Made by a program: the position numbers and the translations under genes
In this document: positions 58,185 through 64,000 of the stretch, one piece after another
How the letters are laid out: every line of letters begins with the position of its first letter
Position numbering within the stretch: position 1 is the stretch's first letter
Source of the DNA: Candidatus Kerfeldbacteria bacterium
GTDB taxonomy: Bacteria; Patescibacteriota; Patescibacteriia; UBA10025; JAHIVO01
NCBI GenBank assembly: GCA_047946875.1
Contig: CP181398.1
Location: 399,154 to 463,153 of the forward strand
Length of the DNA: 64,000 bases
Reading direction: 5' to 3'
The notes under the pieces: generated by a model
The model's database searches: none
What the model saw: only the letters and a program-made list of their open reading frames with translations
Told to the model about the DNA's origin: nothing

Positions 58185-58469
58185 ATGAAAAAAAAGAATA
58201 ATAACGATAATCGAGTAGTTAATGAAGATAGTAAGGAAGAAAGAGCTGCGAAAAAGAATAAAAAAGGTTTTATTGAGGTTGAGGGTGTTGTAGAAGAATT
58301 ATTACCAGCAGCAAATTTTCAAATAAAACTGGATAATGGTCATCCAGTAAGGGCCCATTTATCAGGTAAAATGAGAATGCATAAGATAAGAATATTACCT
58401 GGAGATAGAGTAACTGTAGAAATGACTCCATATGATTTAACAAAGGGTAGAATAACATATAGACGCTAA
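58185..58469 (+). CDS. infA: Translation initiation factor IF-1
   Basis: [41 protein letters not shown]. Confidence 0.97.
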   Translation: MKKKNNNDNRVVNEDSKEERAAKKNKKGFIEVEGVVEELLPAANFQIKLDNGHPVRAHLSGKMRMHKIRILPGDRVTVEMTPYDLTKGRITYRR

Positions 58470-58474
58470 ATATT

Positions 58475-58588
58475 ATGAAAGTAAGAGCATCAGCCAAAAA
58501 AATGTGCGCAAAATGTAAAGTTACGAGACGAAAAAAAAGAGTCTATGTAATTTGTGAAAACCCTAAACATAAACAAAGACAAGGATAA
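58475..58588 (+). CDS. rpmJ: 50S ribosomal protein L36
   Basis: Translated by hand (not in the ORF track): [37 protein letters not shown]. Confidence 0.97.
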   Translation: MKVRASAKKMCAKCKVTRRKKRVYVICENPKHKQRQG

Positions 58589-58593
58589 AATAT

Positions 58594-58986
58594 ATGGCAG
58601 CACGTATTGCAGGGGTAACCTTGCCACAAAAAAAGAGAATAGAAATAGCCTTAACTTATATTTATGGTATAGGATTAGAAACTTCTAAACTAATATTAGA
58701 AATTGCAAAAATTAATCCTGATACAAAAACTGATATATTATCTGATCAAGATGTAAATAAGTTAAGAGATATTATTGAAAGTGATCACAAAGTTGAAGGT
58801 GAATTACGAAGAGATTTACTCCTTAATGTAAAAAGACTAAAAGAAATAGGATCTTATCGTGGTACTAGACATACAAAAGGATTGCCAGCAAGAGGGCAAA
58901 GAACAAAAACAAATTGTCGAACAGTCAGAGGTAATACAAGGCGTACTATGGGGTCTGGAAGAGTAAAAGCTGACGCTAAAAAATAA
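58594..58986 (+). CDS. rpsM: 30S ribosomal protein S13
   Basis: [27 protein letters not shown]. Confidence 0.98.
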   Translation: MAARIAGVTLPQKKRIEIALTYIYGIGLETSKLILEIAKINPDTKTDILSDQDVNKLRDIIESDHKVEGELRRDLLLNVKRLKEIGSYRGTRHTKGLPARGQRTKTNCRTVRGNTRRTMGSGRVKADAKK

Positions 58987-58998
58987 TAAGTAAATAAT

Positions 58999-59397
58999 AT
59001 GGTAACAGCTACAAAAACAACAAAAAAGAGCAAGAATAAGAAAAAGAAGTTTATACCAAATGGTAAAGCTTTTATTCAAGCGACTTATAATAATACAATT
59101 GTAACTATAACAGATATGGATGGTAATACAGTTGCTTGGTCTTCAGCTGGTCAACTTGGATTTAAAGGGCCAAAAAAAGCAACACCTTATGCAGCCGGTA
59201 TTATTGTGAAAAGTGTAGTTGAGAAAATTCAAAGCGCTGGTTTAAAAAGCGTTGATGTATTTGTAAAAGGTGTTGGATCCGGAAGAGAAGCTGCTATTCG
59301 TGCTTTGAATGCAAATAATATAACTGTACAATCTATTAAAGATGTAACGCCAATTCCACATAATGGATGTCGTCCAAAGAAAGTAAGAAGAGTATAA
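58999..59397 (+). CDS. rpsK: 30S ribosomal protein S11
   Basis: [29 protein letters not shown]. Confidence 0.98.
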   Translation: MVTATKTTKKSKNKKKKFIPNGKAFIQATYNNTIVTITDMDGNTVAWSSAGQLGFKGPKKATPYAAGIIVKSVVEKIQSAGLKSVDVFVKGVGSGREAAIRALNANNITVQSIKDVTPIPHNGCRPKKVRRV

Positions 59398-59401
59398 AAA
59401 T

Positions 59402-60037
59402 ATGGCAAGAAATTTAGACCCTAAATGTAAACAGTGTAGAAGAGCTAATGAAAAACTATTCCTAAAAGGAGAAAGATGTTTTTCTAGTAAATGTGCAATG
59501 GTAAAAAGAAATTATCCACCTGGAATGCATGGACCAAAAGGAACGGGTAGATTATCTCAATTTGGATTACAGTTAAAAGAGAAACAAAAACTTGTTAAAT
59601 CTTATAGATTACTTGAAAAACAATTTAGAAATTATTTTGTAGAAGCAAAAAAAATTAAAGAAGGTACTACTGGTGATAACTTATTAAAATTTCTTGAAAT
59701 GAGACTTGATAATGCAATATATAGGTTAGGTATTGCTAAATCGAGGGATAAAGCAAGGCAAATGGTAACACATGGCCACGTTTTAGTTAATGGTAAAAAA
59801 GTGGATATCCCATCTTACCAAATAAAAACGAATCAAACTATAGGTATTAGAAAAGAAAGTTTAAATAATAAATTGTTCAAAGATATTGTTAAAAAAATCA
59901 ATAAAAAAGATATACCTACTTGGATTTCATTTATTAATGAAAATGATCTAGAAGCAAAAGTACTTAGCGCGCCAACAAAAGATGATTTGCCTGACGGTTT
60001 TGATATGGCGATGATTGTAGAATATTATTCAAGATAA
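59402..60037 (+). CDS. rpsD: 30S ribosomal protein S4
   Basis: CKQCRR, PPGMHG, QLKEKQK, LEMRLDN, VDIPSY. Confidence 0.98.
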   Translation: MARNLDPKCKQCRRANEKLFLKGERCFSSKCAMVKRNYPPGMHGPKGTGRLSQFGLQLKEKQKLVKSYRLLEKQFRNYFVEAKKIKEGTTGDNLLKFLEMRLDNAIYRLGIAKSRDKARQMVTHGHVLVNGKKVDIPSYQIKTNQTIGIRKESLNNKLFKDIVKKINKKDIPTWISFINENDLEAKVLSAPTKDDLPDGFDMAMIVEYYSR

Positions 60038-60067
60038 ATAATTACAAATAATTATATACAAAAATAT

Positions 60068-60862
60068 ATGGAAAATATACAACTACCAGATAAATACGAA
60101 GTAAAAAAGACAGGCGATAATCAAGCAGATGTAATTATTGAACCCTGCTATCCTGGCTATGGCTCTACTTTAGGTAATGCCTTAAGAAGAGTTTTGTTAT
60201 CTTCATTAACTGGTGTCGCTGTAACAGCAATAAAAATCAAAAGTGTAGACCATGAATTTTCAACCATTCCAGGTGTTAAAGAAGATGTAGTTGAAATTAT
60301 ATTAAATATTAAAAGATTAAGATTTAATTTACATGGTGTAGATGAATCAAAGGTAACACTAAAAATTAAAGGTGAGACGATAGCTAAAGGTAAGGATATT
60401 AAAGCCACTAGTGAGGTAGATATTATTTCTACTGAAGCTGAAATAGCTACATTAACATCAAAAGATGCAGAATTAGAAATAGAGTTTATATTAAAGAAAG
60501 GTAGGGGGTATTTACCAGTTGAAAATATTGAAAAAAAGAAATTTCAATTAGGTACTATAGCAATCGATGCAATATTTACTCCGATTAAAATGGTAAACTA
60601 CAAAATAGAAAATGTAAGAGTAGGTAAAATGACTAATTTTGATAGATTGGTATTATCCATTGTAACCGATGGTTCAATAACACCTGACGAATCTGTAAAA
60701 ATGGCTTCTGATATTTTAGTAGATCATTTTAAGAAAATCACAAATCCTGAAAGTTCAGCCAAAGAAGTTGTAGAAGATATTGAAAAAAAAGAAGTAAAAG
60801 ATGAAAAAACCAAAGATGAAGAAAAACCTAAGAAAAAAAGAGGACGTCCTAAGAAAGAATAA
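60068..60862 (+). CDS. rpoA: RNA polymerase alpha subunit, lacking alpha-CTD
   Basis: GYGSTLGNALRRVLLSS, HEFSTIPGVKED, GRGY, IDAIFTP. 264 aa ending KPKKKRGRPKKE. Confidence 0.97.
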   Translation: MENIQLPDKYEVKKTGDNQADVIIEPCYPGYGSTLGNALRRVLLSSLTGVAVTAIKIKSVDHEFSTIPGVKEDVVEIILNIKRLRFNLHGVDESKVTLKIKGETIAKGKDIKATSEVDIISTEAEIATLTSKDAELEIEFILKKGRGYLPVENIEKKKFQLGTIAIDAIFTPIKMVNYKIENVRVGKMTNFDRLVLSIVTDGSITPDESVKMASDILVDHFKKITNPESSAKEVVEDIEKKEVKDEKTKDEEKPKKKRGRPKKE

Positions 60863-60880
60863 ATAAATAATAATTTTACA

Positions 60881-61231
60881 ATGAGACATAGAAGTACAAA
60901 AAAGAGAATGGGACGTAAGGCTAATCATCGAAAGATGTTAATTAGGAATTTAGCTAAATCTTTTTTTACTTATGAAAAAATTGAAACAACTGTTGCAAAA
61001 GCAAAATTCATGAAACCATATGTAGAAAAAATTATTACAACAGGGAAGAAAGATACACTAACTTCAAGAAGATTGATATTAAAAAAATTAGGTACCAACA
61101 AATTAGCAGAAAAAATATTAAAAGATATTTCACCAAGATATGCTGATAAAAAAGGCGGTTATACTAGAATTACGAAAATTGGAGTAAGAAAAGGTGATGG
61201 TGCTGAGACAGTTTATTTAACATTAGTATAA
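60881..61231 (+). CDS. rplQ: 50S ribosomal protein L17
   Basis: MRHR, IETTVAKAK, GGYTRI, RKGDGA. Confidence 0.98.
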   Translation: MRHRSTKKRMGRKANHRKMLIRNLAKSFFTYEKIETTVAKAKFMKPYVEKIITTGKKDTLTSRRLILKKLGTNKLAEKILKDISPRYADKKGGYTRITKIGVRKGDGAETVYLTLV

Positions 61232-61234
61232 ATT

Positions 61235-61594
61235 ATGACCAAAGATGATATCATTAAATATGAAGTAGATGCTGAAGGAGAAGCATTGGGTAGGGTAGCT
61301 ACAAAGGTAGCAACTTATCTGCTGGGTAAAAATTTACCAAGCTATCAACCAAATAAGGTAGCCAATGTTTTAGTTGAAATTAGTAACATTGATAAAGTTA
61401 AAACTTCTCAAAAAAAACTAAAAGATACAATTATATATACTCACTCAGGTTATCCTGGTGGATTAAAAGAAAAAAAATGGATGGTATTGTTTAATAAAAA
61501 TCCAGAATTATTGTTTATGAAAGTAGTAAATAATATGGTTCCATCAAATCGATTAAAAAAGGAGATACTTAAGAATATAAAGTTTGTAAAATAA
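61235..61594 (+). CDS. rplM: 50S ribosomal protein L13 (short)
   Basis: VDAEGEALGRVAT, HSGYPGGLK. Confidence 0.95.
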   Translation: MTKDDIIKYEVDAEGEALGRVATKVATYLLGKNLPSYQPNKVANVLVEISNIDKVKTSQKKLKDTIIYTHSGYPGGLKEKKWMVLFNKNPELLFMKVVNNMVPSNRLKKEILKNIKFVK

Positions 61595-61600
61595 TTAATT

Positions 61601-62140
61601 ATGCCAACAAAAATTACCACAGATATAAAAGCCACAAAAAAAACAGTTAAAAAGACGACTGTTAAACCGAAGGCTGTCAAGAAAACAACTGTTAAGAAAG
61701 TAACTAAGGATCCTAAAAAAGTAGTAAAACCAACAGTTAAAAAAACAAAAGTTGATTATATTTATGCTGTTGGACGAAGAAAGCAATCTGTTGCTAGAGT
61801 TCGTTATTATATTAAGGGTGATGGTGAAATAATTATAAATACTAAAGATTATAAAACTTATTTTCCATATTTTGAATATCAAAAAATAATTGAAGGTCCT
61901 CTAAAATTGGTTGATAAATTAGGAAAAGGTAAGGTAACTGTAAAAGTAGTTGGTGGAGGTATTAAGGGTCAAGCTGACAGCATTAAACTTGGTATAAGCA
62001 GAATAATACTAAAAATTGATGAGGCAAATAGACCTTTATTAAGAGCAAATAAATTATTAACAAGAGACCCTAGAGTAAAAGAACGTAAGAAATATGGTTT
62101 GAAGAAAGCTAGAAGAGCTCCACAATGGGCAAAAAGATAA
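61601..62140 (+). CDS. rpsI: 30S ribosomal protein S9 with Lys-rich N-terminal extension
   Basis: AVGRRK, GGGIKGQA, LLTRDPRVKERKKYGLKKARRAPQWAKR. Confidence 0.98.
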   Translation: MPTKITTDIKATKKTVKKTTVKPKAVKKTTVKKVTKDPKKVVKPTVKKTKVDYIYAVGRRKQSVARVRYYIKGDGEIIINTKDYKTYFPYFEYQKIIEGPLKLVDKLGKGKVTVKVVGGGIKGQADSIKLGISRIILKIDEANRPLLRANKLLTRDPRVKERKKYGLKKARRAPQWAKR

Positions 62141-62144
62141 ACAA

Positions 62145-63674
62145 ATGTCTGAGAATAATCAAAATAATAATACTCAGTCACAATCTAAAATTCTGAAAAA
62201 TACAAGCTATCTAACCGTAGCTTTTATTTTACAAAAAATACTTTCTTTTATATATTTTATATATTTAGCGAGATATCTAGGTCCGCTTGATTTAGGTTTA
62301 TATGATCCTGTAAAATCATTAATACCAATTTTTCTAATATTAATAGATTTTAGTTTAAGTGTAGTTTTGGTTCGTGAAATTGCAAGGAAGCCAGAGAATA
62401 CTGAAAAATATCTCAGTACAGTATTGAGTATAAAATTCATCACCGCCTTTGTTATGATATTAGCAATGGGTTTGTATACAAATTTTTCAAATTTTTCAAG
62501 TCTTATCAAAATTATTTTATATTTAGATGCAATTATAGTAGCTCTTGATACTTTCACTATTACTTTTTTTGCAGTATTTAGGGGGTTGCAGAATATGAAA
62601 TACGAGTCAATGGGTATTATAGGTACACAGGTATTGACAATCATTTTTGGTGTTACAAGTATGTTATTGGGTTGGGGATTGCAAACATTATTTATTGCTG
62701 TATTAATAGGAAGTGTTTTTAATTTCATTTTTTCTTTTGCTATGTTAAAAAGAAAATTAAAAATTAAAATTAGTTTCAGATGGGACAAGGAATTAATGAA
62801 AAGATTTTTAAAGATAGCGTTACCTTTTGCTCTGGCTGCAATTTTTGTCAAAATATATACTTATACTGATAGATTTATGCTATTGTATATTGCTGGACAG
62901 CGTTATGTTGGATGGTATGTTACCGCTCACAAATTAACTTATGCATTAGAATTTATACCATCTGCATTTGCTGTAAGTATATTTCCTGCGATGAGTGCAT
63001 ACTTTGTTTATTCTAAGGACAAGTTGGCGAATACTTTTGAAAAAGCCATGCACTACTTAATGATATTATCTATACCTGTGTCGATTGGTATATTTGTTTT
63101 AGCTGAACGAATTGTACTTTCACTATATGGTGAGGCGTTTGAAGCTTCAATCTTTCCATTAAGAATATTGATAGTTGGTTTAATTGTAGTTTTTTTAAAT
63201 TTTCCAGTTGGCGCATTTTTGAATGCATGTAATAAGCAAGTAGTTAATACAAAAAATATGGCGATTACTGTTGTTATTAATGTTATTTTAAATGTATTAT
63301 TAATTAAATATTTTACATTTAATGGTGCAGCTTTTGCGGCTATGATTAGTGGTTTTGTTTTATTCTTTTTAGGCTTGCGTCATGTAAGTAAGGTTATTCA
63401 CTATAATAAAAAGTACTTATTTCAAACTTTAGTAAAAACAATATTATCTGGTGCTGTTATGGCTGTTATATTATATTTCTTTAGTACTAATATTGATATC
63501 AATCTAAATCTTGGGTCTTTATCATTTATGGATAACATTAATTCATTTCTATCTTTAGGCATATATATATTAGTTGGAGCTTTCGCATATTTTGTTACAC
63601 TTTATTTATTTAAAGGGATCACAAAAGATGACTTGTTATTCATTTACAATAAATTGTTAAAAAGAAAGGTATGA
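62145..63674 (+). CDS. Polysaccharide flippase (Wzx/MOP family)
   Basis: ~14 TM, LARYLG, VREIA, D..ML...VGWY motifs. Confidence 0.88.
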   Translation: MSENNQNNNTQSQSKILKNTSYLTVAFILQKILSFIYFIYLARYLGPLDLGLYDPVKSLIPIFLILIDFSLSVVLVREIARKPENTEKYLSTVLSIKFITAFVMILAMGLYTNFSNFSSLIKIILYLDAIIVALDTFTITFFAVFRGLQNMKYESMGIIGTQVLTIIFGVTSMLLGWGLQTLFIAVLIGSVFNFIFSFAMLKRKLKIKISFRWDKELMKRFLKIALPFALAAIFVKIYTYTDRFMLLYIAGQRYVGWYVTAHKLTYALEFIPSAFAVSIFPAMSAYFVYSKDKLANTFEKAMHYLMILSIPVSIGIFVLAERIVLSLYGEAFEASIFPLRILIVGLIVVFLNFPVGAFLNACNKQVVNTKNMAITVVINVILNVLLIKYFTFNGAAFAAMISGFVLFFLGLRHVSKVIHYNKKYLFQTLVKTILSGAVMAVILYFFSTNIDINLNLGSLSFMDNINSFLSLGIYILVGAFAYFVTLYLFKGITKDDLLFIYNKLLKRKV

Positions 63675-64000
63675 AAAAAACTTTATTAATCACTTCATAT
63701 TTTCCACCAAGAAAAGGGGGTATTAGTAATTTTTTATTAAATATATTTAATTCATTTGATAATGACTTTTTTGTTTTGACTGATCAATTTAGTGCCAGTA
63801 AAACAAATAATAGAATTATTAGATTTAGTTTTTTTTCAAAAATAATTTGGCCAAGATGGCTACCACTAGTATATAAGATATATAAACAAATTAAGTTAAA
63901 TAATATAGAATTATTACAGGCTGGTCAGTTGATTCCGATTGGTACAATTTGTTATCTTTTGAATAAAATGATTGGTATCAAATACCATGTTTATGTATAT
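63671..64000 (+). CDS. Glycosyltransferase family 4 (3'-partial)
   Basis: MKKTLLITSYFPPRKGGIS. Frame is open to the window end. Confidence 0.8.
   Translation, partial: MKKTLLITSYFPPRKGGISNFLLNIFNSFDNDFFVLTDQFSASKTNNRIIRFSFFSKIIWPRWLPLVYKIYKQIKLNNIELLQAGQLIPIGTICYLLNKMIGIKYHVYVY

Noticed and set aside
6555-62851. Antisense/overlapping ORFs such as 7161-7664, 11869-12324, 20843-21310, 49690-50103, 62207-62851
   Set aside because: They are shadows of well-supported genes on the opposite strand, with no motifs.
1-64000. Genome-wide stop-codon reassignment (code 25 or 15)
   Set aside because: Conserved genes are full length in code 11 and end at TAA, TAG (murB) or TGA (sigma factor, flippase).

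Overview
AT-rich bacterial chromosome segment read in the standard bacterial code. Its gene content suggests Patescibacteria/CPR (inference): SecD with a PPIase insert, a sigma-4/winged-HTH protein, a stand-alone VirD4/TraD-like ATPase pair, a short AlaRS and many apparently leaderless genes. Core genes lie at both ends: murB and secA at the start; secD/secF, mnmA, alaS, infA-rpmJ-rpsM-rpsK-rpsD-rpoA-rplQ-rplM-rpsI, a flippase and a GT4 at the end. The accessory middle (~3.6-44 kb) carries ABC/MacB/RND transporters, an ECF sigma pair and many small single-gene units. Main oddities: (1) a 7-kb minus-strand operon encoding a beta-propeller/helical/MoxR-like AAA+ protein (Walker B NE) and a transglutaminase-vWA fusion; (2) a 22.2-26.7 kb hotspot where small genes alternate with several families of nested palindromic repeats, including empty and filled sites; (3) a ~325-bp hairpin-ended structured element, one full copy plus three fragments; (4) a stand-alone ~290-nt structured transcript candidate; (5) RpoA with no alpha-CTD, ending in an AT-hook-like RGRP tail; (6) tandem NrdR-like boxes over what may be a decayed ATP-cone start. 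I found no rRNA, tRNA, CRISPR array, transposase or integrase. All calls are by-eye motif recognition; no database search was run.
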